A stretch of DNA of 64,000 bases from Seison nebaliae. Its lineage: Eukaryota. Position numbers and translations under genes: made by a program. Below, piece after piece: positions 1 to 17,967 of the stretch. Every line of letters starts with the position of its first letter. The stretch's first letter is position 1. The stretch covers positions 1-64,000 of the forward strand of contig JALJEE010003232.1 of NCBI GenBank assembly GCA_023231475.1, written 5' to 3'. The notes under the pieces are model-generated. The model did no database searches, was not told the DNA's origin, and saw only the letters and a list, made by a program, of their open reading frames with translations.

Positions 1-178
1 TATAATTATTCTAATAATTAAAATGAAGAAAATTTTATAAACTATCTACTTCAATATGAATAAGGGCCAATGGAATAAGATGCAACGATCAAGTGATCAG
101 AATTTCGATAGTTATTTCCTCAGATTGAAATGAAAGAATGGATTGATGGTAGAAAGAAAGAAATTAAGACGATTCGTC

Positions 179-290
179 AAATTTTTGATTTAAATGATGT
201 CAACGATATTTGAAGGAACATCGACAATTAGAAAAGATTCTCATATCAAAGATAAATGATTCTTCAAAAATTCTACGGAATGTTCAAGAT
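179..290. repeat. Composite local duplication: 179-260 is an inverted copy of 815-896 and 254-290 is a direct copy of 558-594
   Basis: An 82-nt inverted match with 5 mismatches and a 37-nt identical direct match, joined over a shared AAATGAT. Confidence 0.85.
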
Positions 291-342
291 CCGAACGGAA
301 AATTCCGATCTAGAAACAGATTTCATTTTTCCGTTACTTTTT

Positions 343-896
343 TTTTGTTGTACAGTGTAATTTATTAAATTTTCAATGTTAATTTGATAATCTTCATTAA
401 ATCAACGAAATATTAATATTAATACAATTGTGAGACGTTCTTCAATAGAGATCTTCGATAATATCTGAATATTTATTCGCTGACATTCAACAGAATTATG
501 GATAGAAAAAATTGTTGTCCATCTAATGAACATGAATTCAAATTCATATCTTTCGACAAATGATTCTTCAAAAATTCTACGGAATGTTCAAGATATTTCA
601 AATCCTGAACAAATATCTGTTCTGTTTTCAACTAATCGATTAATCTTAATCTCTTGTTCTATAGTTCCAACAATTCCTCATAATCATTTTCTATAATTTG
701 AATTTGATTATGGATCAAATCGATGACTTTCCATTTAGTTTTCATCGTCACATTTTCCTCATCATCGAATGATCGAATATTGAACGAATATCCCAACTCT
801 TTCCATAAATCGATATCATTTATCTTTGATATGAGAATTTTTTCTAATTGTCGATGGTCCTCCAAATATCGCTGATATCATTTAAATCAAAAATTT
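343..896 (-). pseudogene. Disrupted reading frame, possibly a RhoGEF (DH)-like pseudogene fragment
   Basis: ORF 659-865 continues in frame through several stops (ELLEL*NKRLRLID*LKTEQIFVQDLKYL), resembling the DH helix-1 pattern R..I.EL..TE..YV.DL..L. It is partly duplicated at 179-290. Confidence 0.3.
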
Positions 897-1224
897 TAGG
901 TGAGAAAAATATAAAGTAGTATTTTTCAAAATAAGTCAATTGTTATTTCGTTAGAATTTTCATTTTAAGGTTAGAAGGTGTTTTCGTCAAACCTGCATAT
1001 TTTAGAAAGTAAAATGATGATCTATAGAAAAAGCATTGCATTTGTCAAGTTATTTTGGAATCGGGTGATTTGTGTGGGAAAATGATTTCGAAAATTAAAT
1101 CCGCACCTATTTAAACTTTAGCACTTTAAATCAAAGAAAATATCACTTATAATGAAAGAACCATACATTTGTTGAATAACATTTGAATATTATTCGCTGA
1201 CACATTATTAATGAGACAAGTGAC

Positions 1225-1500
1225 ATAAAAGCGACACATTGAGATCTGTCTATTTTGTGCATTAGGACAGGAGTTCGACAAGAAGTCTATGTTCATTGTT
1301 AGATTTTCATAAATTGTTCGATGCAAGAAATGTCGAAATTATAATGAGAGAAGATGTCGCACAACAAAAGATTTTGTACAGGAATTCTTTCGTTTCCAAA
1401 GCCATTGGACGTTTTCCTCTGTGGATTGATGTTCGGACGAATTTTCCAAGAGTTTTCTCATGTAAACCTTTCAAATTATTATATATTCATTTTTAATAAT
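1225..1500 (+). mobile_element. Possible highly degraded non-LTR retrotransposon relic
   Basis: Translations DLSILCIRTGVRQE (RT motif-B-like GVRQG) and YRNSFVSKAIGRFPLW (resembles a LINE ORF2 C-terminus); no YADD seen. Confidence 0.3.
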
Positions 1501-1624
1501 TCTTTTATTTAACGTAAAATTTCAATACATTTCTATTAAAGTCGAACAGTTCAACATTTAACTATTAGTTACTTTAATAGAAACTATTAATAAGTAGTGT
1601 GGTTCACACGAACACAAACCAAAA

Positions 1625-1860
1625 GAATCCTGGTCTTTTCGCCACCCTTTTTTTCCACTCTCATTCGGACAGTTCGCCACCCTAATAATGAACAATTCGC
1701 CACCCTACTTATGTACTTTTGGTGTTTTCGCCACCATTTGGTACCAATCTGAGCTTCATTTTCTTAAAATGGACAGTTCGCCACCCTGCTTGTATATTTT
1801 CGGCGTTTTCGCCACCCTTTTATACGTATTTGTATGTATTTTTGGCGTTTTTGCCACCCT
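1625..1860 (+). repeat. Array of 7 TTCGCCACCC-core repeats with irregular spacers; putative DNA-transposon terminal arm
   Basis: Cores start at 1638, 1673, 1696, 1727, 1777, 1808 and 1850. Two extended variants: G(G/A)ACA(G/A)TTCGCCACCC and GG(T/C)GTTTT(C/T)GCCACC. Confidence 0.75.
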
Positions 1861-2147
1861 TATATACAAATCATAACTGCATTTTCCAGAAATCAATATT
1901 CAAGAAAGACATTGTATCATCGTTTTTGACGATCGAATTAAAAGTAAGAAAAAGTTAATTTATAAGACTGAAACAAAGAAATTTCCCTCCAAAAATTAAA
2001 ATATAAATTAAAATTATTTCGATAAATCCGAATTTATCTTTAACAGTTCATGTGAAGAAATTGGCCACATATAGTGAATAAAATTAGTCGATGTAATTTT
2101 TAAATTTTTAGTTTACAAAATCAATATTATTTGTTCAGATCTAATAA

Positions 2148-2709
2148 ATGATTCGCTTTATTCTAATTCAAAACAGAGCTGGTAAAACGAGATTAGCAAA
2201 ATGGTATATGAATTTGGATGATGATGAAAAGCAAAAATTAATTGAAGAGGTTCACGCTACCGTCACCATTCGAGATGTGAAACATACAAATTTTGTTGAA
2301 GTCTTCTTTTATTTATTTCAGTTCGAAAGAGATTTTATTTTATTTTATGTTAAATTATTTGATTGATTCGCATTTCAAACAGTTTCGTAATTTCAAAATA
2401 ATTTATCGACGTTATGCCGGATTATATTTTTGTATTTGTGTCGATGTTACTGATAACAGTTTACTGTATTTGGAAACCATTCACAATTTCGTTGAAGTGT
2501 TAAACGAATATTTCCACAATGTATGTGAATTGGATCTCGTCTTCAATTTTTATAAAGTTTAATTTTTAAAATCATTTCCTTTTTATACCATTTAATTTAA
2601 TTTTCAGGTTTATAGTATTGTTGATGAGATGTTTCTGGCGGGTGAAATACGTGAAACAAGTCAACCAAAAGTTCTACGTGCACTAAGCACGATTGGAACT
2701 TTGGAATAA
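2148..2709 (+). CDS. AP2S1: AP-2 complex subunit sigma (3 exons)
   Basis: [20 protein letters not shown]...[17 protein letters not shown]...[29 protein letters not shown]; introns 2301-2382 and 2557-2607. Confidence 0.97.
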
Positions 2710-4703
2710 TTGATTTCTGATTAATCATTTCTCTTCAGCAATTAAATGTCATTCATTCTATTTTATTCTACTCCTCTTTTCCCTCTTGTAACTTTCGTTC
2801 CATATAATAAAATTTATTGTTATCATCTTCAGAATAAGATGAGTTTTTCTACAAATATTATTCGTCATAATGTCATCATTTTGGATCATATGATATAGAA
2901 GGGAAATACATTAATTTAGAGTAAAGAGATTCATTTTACAATTGATTGATTTGAGTCCGATTGATTAGGCGCATGATGATATATCTAATACAATTCTACT
3001 TTCCGAGTAGAAATGAGGAGAATATCAAGTACTCTCCATCGTGATTGTGGCAGAACAATTTTATAGAAGAGATTACTAATTTGATTTTATTCATAAATCA
3101 TCTATATTCATGGAGATATGTAAAAGTGAGATATTTGACGTTATTAACGTTAGAAATATAGATAGTAGATTTGCTTATACTTACATATATTGTTAGACAT
3201 ATATATTCAAATTTATTAGTCTATGAGATTTAGAGAAAAAATGAATGAATTCTATTTGACTGTTATTCAATCGACTAGATTTTTAGTTGTAATATATCTA
3301 TAAGGAAAGTTTAGATGAGTAGGAATGGAAGATTGATTGAGTAAATAGGGAAAGGAGTGATGATTCGAACAAATACGGAAAACGAAGTAGATTGGAGAAT
3401 ATTCATTCGTGTCCCTACCTCCCAAAATAGGTAAATGACAATGAACGAAAAAGATGCATTCGTTCTATTTCGGTAACATCAAATAAAGTTTTAGTAAATA
3501 ATGGTACCTTGTCATTCTCATGACGAAGAGTCGTCAGAAATGTAGCTAGATGTAATCCTTGTTAGTGCTTAAACGAAAATTGTCAAAATAGTTTATGATT
3601 AGAAGAATATCATTTACATATATCTAATTTGACATCAAACTATCTACTTACTAACAATGGATAAGTATACGTTTTTTTGGACGAGACGATTTCCATTGAA
3701 AGATAATTATTCGTCTGATTATCATGTCCCTTGTGACGTGGGAAAGTTGTATATAATTCTCTCACCGTTCCTTCTGTCCCTTACCGACATTTTACGACGA
3801 TATTCTCTCGGAATGCAGATCGCACAGATTACATGACGAAGGAAGAGCAATATGTGCACATGTATATTCATTAATCCATTAATCGTTCTTCATGAAGAAT
3901 TATTTAGATGATGAAATTTTTATTAGCATATTATCAACATTTCTCCGCGTACTATTGCGATGTAGTAGAGAAGGAAACAAATGAAGAATAATGAATATGA
4001 TAGAACAAACTCCTTTTCTTCATTGTTAATGAAGATAATTTATTGTTTTCCGTATCTTCGTGTCGAGGAGAGCAGTTACAATTGTTATTGCCGTTGGCAA
4101 ATTGAAGGACGAATAATTTTATTCAATTTTCCATGTCATATCTCATTTGGCTTTGCATGTCAATCGTCTAATCATTATTATCATTCTCATGACTGTTATT
4201 CCATTTTCTTGCCATCCTCCCATCGATTCAGATGCAGACGAATTCCGAATATGCACAACAACTTCCATTTTATACTTAGCATACCTATTTCTACAAATCG
4301 ATACGTTGATTGCCTTATCGACTTACAACAGAGATAATTCATTTATTATCTAATCACAATGCTCCCTTACTATGTACGATACATAATCCGATATATTCTC
4401 TAAATTAATTTTAAAGACAAAAATATTTACTGATATCAATCATTCCAATAAAGTTATCCAATAAAATTGTTATCAGACTCCGCCCCGCATCTCTAAGAAG
4501 AAATTGCGTAGATTAAATTCTATTATCAAACACTCTCACCTTGTGCACTGTTCGTGCATTGTTCATGCATTGTTTATTTCGCGAACTATCCATCTCATTC
4601 TTCACTAAACATACTTTGTTTGTTTACTGTTTATTCGTATTCTCTTCTTCCAGACAAGTTTTCATGTATCGTATGAATCTCTTCAAAAATCTGTCAATCG
4701 CAA

Positions 4704-9173
<4,470 letters not shown>

Positions 9174-9299
9174 ATTAAATTTGTAACATTTCCTAAAATT
9201 CATTTTAAATTTTCCAATTTTCATTTTGAAAAATACTTAAAATTTGTTAATTATAAATATTATTATTAATAAATATAATTTGGGGTGAAAGCCCCTTTT

Positions 9300-10095
9300 C
9301 TCATCTAATTTCAATTCTAATTTCTTTACCATCTTTATTACGAATCTCTGAGAACCGTCCTCATTGGAAACGAGAATAGTGATTTTTTTTCCATCAACTC
9401 CGGTGTTCGTCTAACATGTAAGTACCATTCTAGGTCCTTGGCTTTTTATGTTAATCATTGACGGCGTTCTCAGCAATCTAAATGAATCATGCGACATTTA
9501 CATAGGAAACAATCGTTTTCAGCATGTATGTTTCATCCTATGCAGATGACATCGTAATTGTAAATCGTTCTCTACGTCATCTGAAACGGTCATATGGACA
9601 ATTTACTTTTCTTCTCTCCCAGAGGGGGGTATCTCTACCTATTATCAACAAACAAGCGTTTTTTCTCCTGAATTCCACTTTAATCCTCAACTATCTTTCT
9701 TACAATAATAATAATGTTAGTTCAACCATCGATCTCCGTTGTCTCTCCTCTTTCGCCTTGGATCACATTCGAAATAAATTATTCAGATATTTTTTCTCTC
9801 CCAAGACGAAGTTCGTTCCTTTAAAATTACGTCTACAACTTTTTAAGAGTTTAGTTCTTCCACTATACACTTTGGGAAATATTTCCTTATGTACGGAACG
9901 TTCGTTTCGAATCCTCTCACTTCTTTTACTACTTATACTAATGCTTTCGACGTTCACTCAATCTTTTCTTATACTATTCGATACTACGTTTTACCACGAG
10001 ATATTCTCCTTCCCGATTTTAAGGACTTCATTTTTTCTTACGGTGCTTATATTAATAATAATAATTATTATTATATATTATTCTAAATATTATTA
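9300..10095 (+). mobile_element. 5'-truncated, frameshifted non-LTR (LINE) reverse transcriptase remnant with (TAA)n/(TTA)n tail
   Basis: FSINSGVR / ILGPWLFMLIID (motif B, frameshifted), YADDIVI catalytic motif, thumb-like KLRLQLFKSLVLP, and an AT microsatellite at the 3' end. Confidence 0.8.
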
Positions 10096-10288
10096 AATTA
10101 ATTTAAAAGACTAAAATTCAAATAAATAATTTTCTGAATTATATTGATCCAACTTTTCCGTCCAATTTCATTCATTTGTTTCCAATGGCAACAGAATAAT
10201 AATATTCTTTAAAACGACTTAATCATCATTGATTAATCGCTGTTCATTTAACGGAATACAAAATTGATTTTTGAAAATTAACTGAAAT

Positions 10289-11197
10289 ATGTTGGAAGTA
10301 CATTCCCAAGAAAAATGGTTAACTGATGACGATGTGAGACTGATGTTCGATTCGTCTACTGAATCATTATTGGAAATATTGGAGCATGAAGAATATAATT
10401 ATTATAACGATAATGGTCGATGGGAAATTGAAGATGTGACAAAAACGAGAGACGTAACACCAAGAATGGAAACTGAACAAATTCCAAATTTCCGAAATTC
10501 TCTATCAAACTTATCCAAATTACCATCGGATGGTAATGGATTGAATCATAATTATTCTCAACCATGTCTAACAAACTTCAAAGACAAGAAATTATTATGT
10601 AAAAAAACGAAATCATTATCGTCAATAAAACTAACGAAAAAAATTAGTTTTCAACAATGGACGGCCAATAAGAAAGCAGATAAAGTGAAATCGAAGAAAG
10701 AAGCAATTGAAGAAGAAAATGAGAAGAAAGTTCTTTCATTATCTACATGATATCTTCTACATGAATTTTTCATTTGTGCCTTGGAAGGAAAAAAAAGAAT
10801 CGAAGAAGAAAATGATCGAAGCGAATTTTAAAGAATGGCGAGAAAATAAATTTAAAAAAATGAAGAAAGAAAGTGAAGATAAGAAGAGAATTGAAGAACA
10901 GAAACGAATGAAAGAAGAAAGTGAATTAGCAGAGAAAAGGGAAAAGTTTCTCATTTCTTCTTTTATTTATCTTCAACTTCATTCTCGTTTTAGAGTGGAC
11001 GCCAGTTATAAAGAATGGAAGGACAAATTGAGGAAGGATGACGCTGAGAGAAGAGAATATCCGGAATGTGATCCAATTTTACAGAATATAAATAAAAGTT
11101 CCTCTCTCTAAATTTTCTTCTTCTAATCTTTCTAGATCTATTTGGTAATAAACGACTACAACCTTCTTTTATCAACAAGTGTAAATGGAAGAAATAA
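10289..11197 (+). CDS. Coiled-coil protein, CCDC34/DUF4207-like (4 exons)
   Basis: Repeated (F/Y)xxWxxxK helices (SFQQWTANKK, NFKEWRENK, SYKEWKDK) and C-terminal PSFINKCKW; three GTT-AG introns join the ORFs. Confidence 0.6.
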
Positions 11198-11522
11198 GTT
11201 AGACATTTGAGAAAAATGAACAAAAATTTATTAATAAAACATAAATTATTTAAATAAATAAATTAAATTTTTTCAAAAACAAAATCTTTGGAATATCGCA
11301 TAAATTTCGTTTCGTCCTTTTCTTTTTACTAGAAACGAAATAAATTAATGAAAAAACAAATAGAATTCCCAAAACAATCAATGAAAGAATAGTCTAAAAG
11401 AGATAACTAAAAGAATATTTTCCCACCGAAGAAAAATAATGTTCCAAAAAAAAATATCCTTAAAAATCAAACTACGTTCCTTATTATACAACCAAAATTA
11501 TTGGAACCAAAAAAAAAGGGGG

Positions 11523-11581
11523 AAAAATTTCGAAGGAAAAAAATGTGAAAAAATTTCGAAGGAAAAAAATGTGAAAAAATT
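11523..11581 (+). repeat. Short tandem duplication, about 26-nt unit x2.3
   Basis: aaaaatttcgaaggaaaaaaatgtga repeated. Confidence 0.7.
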
Positions 11582-11794
11582 AGGAGTAAATTCAGATACC
11601 GAAATTCTTTTTTAGAATAATAGGACGTCTAGGAAGTTGACCCGGTTTGTTTATTCTTCTTTAAGAGAGTGGAAAAGTGAAGTGAATATTATTAGAAGGA
11701 GATAAAAATAATAATCTAAAAAATTTATCAATTGGAAGAAGAAAAGAGGAAGAAATGTGAAGGAAAGAACATCTAATTTCTATTTTTATTCTTT

Positions 11795-13690
11795 TCAGGA
11801 TTGATGATCACTTAAGCTTAATTGAATGAAAATTTTGTAACTTGTATATTATTTAGTAAATTGGTTGCCATTCCAGACACTTTAACTGCCATCGACTTAA
11901 CTCGATCTTTAACATCAGCTACGTCGATATTGGTGAAATCAGGCATACGATTTTGTTGTGTTTCTTGTCGATTGAAATACTCGTTTGAGGAGATGCTTTG
12001 AGCACCAGCATAATTTCTTATTCTTGCATTATCACAATTATCGGACTAGAAATGAAAAAAATTTAAATAAAAAAATTCTAAAAAATTTGAAATTAAAAAA
12101 AAATAAACTTCATTTTTCCCAAAATATTGGTCACTTGATATGGATTTGGAACCAGAGAATTTTGAGTAATCGAAATCCTTTCCCGACATATTCATCGAGT
12201 AATTCTTGCCAGATGTATCATAATTATTTGATGAGGAATATGATGACCCTGTTGTTGTTGTTGGTAAGCAATCATAAAATTTATCTTTGGCTATGGAACT
12301 GATTTTCAATAAATTTTTCTTTTAAAAATTCAAAATTCAACTTTTCATTTTCGATAACAGCCCATGAATCTTTCGATAATTTATCGGCATGAAGATTATC
12401 CATGATGGATGAAGATGCAGGATTATATGATGGTTTTGAGAAATCACCTTCTTGTTGAATGATTGTTGAATTTCCGAATGCTTTATGTTGTCGTCGATCA
12501 GCCGATTGTTTAGTCGCTCCAATTCCTTAAAATTTTCTTGAAATTTCAATATGAAAATATGAGTAAACCTAATCGCTCAATCTGTTCCGCTCTTCTGTTA
12601 TCAGTATTTTCTGAAAATTTGTCCTCCATTGCAAATTTCCTGTCGAGTCTTTAAAAAAAAGAAAAATTATGAAATGAAGAATGAAATGAATTTGAACATT
12701 TTCTCCCGATTTTCTGCTTCCTCTTTCTTCTTCTTCTCTTCCTCTTCTTTCTGTTGTTTTAAAATTTGCTCTTTCATTTCCGCTGCTTTCCTCTCGATCG
12801 CGTCCATATCGATCGGTTTCGTGATTTTAGCTCCTAAACCTCTCTAATAAACAAATGATTTGATGTGGAAAATTTGAAGTAAAAAAACATTTTTCTTCAC
12901 TAATCCACCACTTAAATTTTTCTGGATAAGTTTCGGTTGAATTCTTGTTTGCTTATTCGATTCCACGTTCAATTTCGCCATATCATTCACAAGATTATTC
13001 CACGAATTTTCGGCAGAAAAATTTCCCATTGACGGTCCCAATTCAGCTGAAATTGAAAGTGAAGAAAAGAAAGAATAATTGATGAACATTTGTCTTCCAC
13101 TTCGCTCTGTTTTCTTCGATTATGATCACATCGATAATTTCCCTTTAACGGTGCGTGAGATTCATCAAAGAATTCTCGTTCATTTTCTTCAGTTTCATTC
13201 GATTTTTTTTCTTCTTCAAGAAATAACTGATTTAACAAATTAATAGATTATAAAAATTTGAATTTAAAAAGAAAAGAATTGAGAGAACTTTATCGCCATA
13301 TTGTCTAGCTGCTTTCAATGCCAATCCTTTCAATTTCTCCCGATAATCAGCAGCTGCACGTGACTTATATTTTTGTTGTTTATCATTTGAAGTACATCCG
13401 TGTAAATGAAAGAAGTTTGTAGCTTTGGCATTACCACCAAGTTGGAAGGAACGGATTTGAATCCATTTCCAATTCGTGTCTAATTGAGATGAACGAACAA
13501 ATGAAAGATGTGTACCTAATGAACGATGAGCAGCTGAGCAATCGAGACATATAAATACTCCATATGTGACACTGGTCCACGTGGGATTTTTATTGCCACA
13601 ATCGAAGCAAATTTGATTGGCAGATTGTTGTTTCAATTTATTGAATATGAGTTCGACATCATGCTTTGAAACATCCGTATCACTTGACAT
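11795..13690 (-). CDS. ArfGAP2/3 (Glo3-type) ADP-ribosylation factor GAP; 3' end approximate
   Basis: [43 protein letters not shown] zinc finger; two Glo3 motifs, [10 protein letters not shown] and [10 protein letters not shown]. Confidence 0.92.
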
Positions 13691-14528
13691 GGTAAATATG
13701 ATTTGGTGAATTAAAAAATGGAAATATCTGTCTAACTCAAATGGAAGGATAAATTGAGAATAGAAGAGAGAAATGATTTCATGAGAAAAAAAAATATGTT
13801 GAATTATCAAAAAATATTAATTGGAATGTTTTCATTTAAATCTCCTTCTTGTTGTTGTTGATGACAACATCATACAAAACTAAGAATTTGAAAAAATTGG
13901 AAATTTTTTTGTTTTTTATAAAAAAGAAATTTTTGAAAAATAATTAATTTTTATCAAACTTTTCAATGATAATATCCGCTCTTCTCTCCACATACAATAC
14001 ATGTACATGGATGTACTTCATCAACAACACATGAGAATGGCAACGACATACATACATAGAGTTTTGGAGGAAGAATAAATAAATTGAAACTCATACCCTT
14101 TTCCCGGTCGAGTGTGGATTGGAGAGAAGAGGACGGAATGAAGATTGTGAGCTTCAATTCCCCAACGAATAAATTAATTAGAGAATGAAGTAAACACATT
14201 TCACCTTAAACATTTGTTGATTGTTATTACACATTTTCCAATGTCTATGAATATTACAGGGAGATCCATCTCTTATAAATATAAATGTCTAAAAAAATTT
14301 TTTTGAATTTTCATCATATTCCAAATTAGTCGGACGAGAATGATCATTTCCTTTTAATTTCTTCTTTTCATCAGAATTAGTTTATCTACTCTTCTTTTTG
14401 TCTTTGTTTCAAAGTAGTTTATTAACTTCATTTTCATTACTCTTCGCCTAACTCCCTCCCTCAACTTCCTTCTTTTCAAATCTTCAATTCTGGATCGCTA
14501 ATTAAAAACTTAAATTGAATCCAGGAGA

Positions 14529-14916
14529 ATGGTGGAAACAGAAGCAAAGATCGACAAAGCTTACCAGCAAGAGATGCAGCAACAAGGCGAGTTATTGAAA
14601 CGGTATCCCGATTTACATAAACCAGAACAATCATCGAAATTCTTTGCGAGACGTGCTTGCGGAGAAAGTAAAGCAGTTTCCCATTTTTTCAATTCTTCCA
14701 CAATTTTCGATAAATATTGAGAAGTATTTTGATTCAGGAGAATTTTATGGTAACCCTAAACAGAAAGGATTGTCACATCCTCATGCCATGGAACGGAAAG
14801 ATGTGACGAAGGTCAACCATCCTCTCTTGTCCAATCGGAAACAGACGTCAACTTCAAATATGAAACATGATAAAGCGCAAACCGTTCAACTACCGTTGAC
14901 GAAAAAGACCACCTGA
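14529..14916 (+). CDS. ENSA: Alpha-endosulfine/ARPP-19 family protein (2 exons)
   Basis: LLKRYPDL...KFFARR...KYFDSGEF, a variant of the KYFDSGDY signature. Confidence 0.75.
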
Positions 14917-15276
14917 CATGCACGACGAGGAGAAGTATCGAATTAATTCTCATTTTAACTTCCTCATCACCATCATCCTTATCACACACTTAAAAAACAA
15001 AAAATCAGAAAATTATCTTTCGTCTAACACACACACACACACACCTTTTTTGGATTTAGAAGGAAAAGAAATTTCAAATGGAAATTCAAATAATTGCCAT
15101 CAAAATTGAGATGTCGATTTTAGAAAGAGAATCGATAATATTTTCTCAATAAATTTCCATTTAAATTTGAATATTGGGATTGGAAAGAAAAAGAAGATAG
15201 ATAAAATTCGATGTAATTATAACAAAGATATTTCTCTTTTTTTTTTTTAATTTTATCAATGAACAAAAATAACAAA

Positions 15277-15570
15277 TCATTCCAGTTTCCATCCATAATT
15301 TCTCGCACTTTTACTACGCTCACCATGCCACTTCTTCTCATTACGCCAATTATTCAGTTCGGTGGTAGAAGTTACTTTCCGATTTCTTTTCTTTAAAGAC
15401 CAACCGGAACCGTTGCGATATAAAGGAATTCGACCATAACTGTCCAAATGATGAATGAATTGAATAGGATTAGATGAAGGAAACTTGTCATCAAAAATGG
15501 AATCTCCGCCAGCTTTATCATTCGCCAAACGATGATAGATTAGCAAATTCTGTTTATCATTCGGTGACAT
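15277..15570 (-). CDS. Hypothetical 97-aa protein
   Basis: ATG-initiated ORF with higher GC than its flanks and an acceptor-like CAG 11 nt upstream; no family recognised. Confidence 0.4.
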   Translation of the reverse strand: MSPNDKQNLLIYHRLANDKAGGDSIFDDKFPSSNPIQFIHHLDSYGRIPLYRNGSGWSLKKRNRKVTSTTELNNWRNEKKWHGERSKSARNYGWKLE

Positions 15571-15724
15571 TCCGTTACAGTCTGATCAGAATTAAATTTA
15601 GTTGACATTGTTAACAAATTTTAATAGAAATTGAACACAAACATAAAATGATAAATAAAAATGGAAATCAAATAAAATGAATGATCAAATTAGGGAAATA
15701 ATTTTAAATTTTTTTTCAAATTTC

Positions 15725-16512
15725 TCAACTCAGCAATTGATTTCGCATGTCTCTTATATGATCTTCTGCATTCTCTGTCGGAAAGGAACAATTGGAAAAG
15801 TTGACGAAAGGAATTTACAAAATTTACCAAGATGTTTGTCGATTTTGTTCGAGTGTTTGACGAACAACGGTTTGATGATCTTATAATAAATTATAGATGA
15901 ACCGCCAGCGTGTCCTGGTGTCATACACCAAATCAGAAAGATGCACTGGAAAAAAATTAAATATAAAATTTCCGGAAATATATCGAACTTTAGTAAGCCA
16001 ATATAAAGGAAGCCATGAAGTGAACCAGGAAGTGACGGATTCGATAATTACGAACATGGAAAACACCACCCAATAAATTAACCATTTAGTATCATCGTCT
16101 TTCGGTTTGGATTCGATTGCATGAATACTTAGGAAAAAAATTCAAAAAAAGGTAAATTTAAATTTTACGATAATAACCTCATATAAGCCGGATAAATAGT
16201 TCCAATAAAATTTGAAATGAAATTAGCTCCATATCCAAATACCAAATAGACTGACAACAGACCAATTCCCCCTATGAACATTTGGAAATGAATTGAAGGA
16301 AAATTTTTTTAATTGAAAAATTTTTTTTTAAAAATAACAATTTTGTTTGACAGAAAAAACTATAGAAAAAACAACTTACCAAATAACAAATGCCGACGAT
16401 TGATACCCGTCTGCACTTCCAATTGCTTCATTCGACGACCGAATGCGGTGTCATTGTCCAAAATGTTATTGCAAATTTCATTGAAACGGTTCTTCAGCTG
16501 TGTCTGTGCCAT
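15725..16512 (-). CDS. REEP5: REEP5/6 (YOP1/DP1, TB2/HVA22 family) ER-shaping protein (5 exons)
   Basis: [49 protein letters not shown]...WLPLYWLTKCIFLIWCM. Confidence 0.9.
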
Positions 16513-16764
16513 GTCAAATTTTTTGTCTTGCGCAGAATGTTCCAGAGATTAATAATTAATATGATCAAGCGAAACTCTTGTCAATAAACATGCGATAGTA
16601 GAGTGACCGAGAAGAATTTGAGCATTGGTTAAAAATTTGATTTTAAGCTGAAATTCAATTTTTTCTTTTCATCGACTTTTACTCCAAATTTATTTCTGCG
16701 ATTTATTTTCATGAATAAAACATGGTTTCTATGGAAAATATATAAATAAAAAAAATAAATTAAA

Positions 16765-17967
16765 ATGTCCCTGCCATCTATTGGTCATATCGCTGCAAAT
16801 GCACAAAATGATTTGATTAATGAATTATCCTTAAATCGACGACGGAACAAAAAGAAGAAAATTGGAAATAGTTCAAAGAATAAAATTATCAAGGAAGCTA
16901 AAGAACTGAGCAAAGTGTTTTCCGTGGAATATGATCATGAAATTGTCATAAGAAGTTCATCCGATGATACAAAAATTGATTGGGATTTGGGGAAAATTAG
17001 AGGACAAGCCATCAAATCACCTAACTGTAATTTATGTTATGAAAAATTTGAATATTCGATTGAAACTCTTCTGCCATGTTCACATTCATTCCATTTGCAT
17101 TGTATGGAATTGTACGAAAGAAATCAATTATCGGTCGAATATTTGAAATGTCCATTATGTCGACAAATTTATTTGAAACGATTAATTTCTTATGAAAGTT
17201 AAAATTATTTTCTCTAGATTTTTTTTTCATGAAATTTTCCAGATCGTCATAAACTTTTACTGAAATCGATAGTTGCATTTCAAGCGATGTATCGCGGATA
17301 TTCCAATCGGAAGGAGACGTATAAAAATTGGAATCAAATGAATTACAGATTGGAGGGAAGAACTATAAATTGTTTACGGTTAAAAATGGATATGAAACAT
17401 CGAATGTTGTTAGTCAATTTAATAGTTCGAAGTGATTTTTATGTAAATTATAGAAAAGAAAAAAAGATCGAACAAAATCATCAGAAAGAAATATCGGCCA
17501 TTTTAAATGAATCTAATCAATTAATAAGAGAACAAAGAAATTTAGTTAATTCCATAAGCCAAATGAAAACTTTGGATTGGATCTCAATTTTGAGGAAGTT
17601 TAAAAATAGATTTATTTTCCATTCCAATACCAGTATTTTATGTTCGATCTGTCACGTGAAAATCAATTGGCCTAATTCCAATAAGAATCCAATATATGAA
17701 GAGTATGACAATTCCAATCACTTGATAGTTGGGGAAATATTTTACAAGAATTCAATAATTGAAAATTTTGGAAAGAGAATTAATCTGAGAGACTCATTAC
17801 AAATCAAATCATTCCATCAGAAATGGAACGAGATGAAATTAACTTTACTCTCATGTTCGCATGTTATCCATCGTCAATGTGCAATGGAATTGGAAAGAAA
17901 TAATGAAAACCAATTAGAGTGTAAATGTCCCGAATGTCGAACGATTTATCAAAGAATTTTATTTTAA
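16765..17967 (+). CDS. RNF32: RING finger protein 32-like (RING-H2, IQ, RING-H2)
   Basis: CNLCYEKF...LLPCSHSFHLHC...CPLCR; IQ-like FQAMYRGYSNRK; CSIC...LLSCSHVIHRQC...CPECR; intron about 17198-17242. Confidence 0.85.

Noticed and set aside
343..896. Stop-codon reassignment or readthrough suggested by in-frame stops
   Set aside because: Conserved genes end in TAA, TAG and TGA, and the long exons of LARS1 and PIWI have no internal stops; pseudogenisation is simpler.
1638..1859. CRISPR-like repeat/spacer appearance
   Set aside because: The cores are only 10-16 nt, spacing is irregular, spacers resemble each other, there are no cas genes and the context is eukaryotic.
13963..14199. ORF ending CIVCGEKSGYYH, like a nuclear-receptor zinc-finger start
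   Set aside because: It stops immediately, with no second CxxC and no convincing splice continuation.
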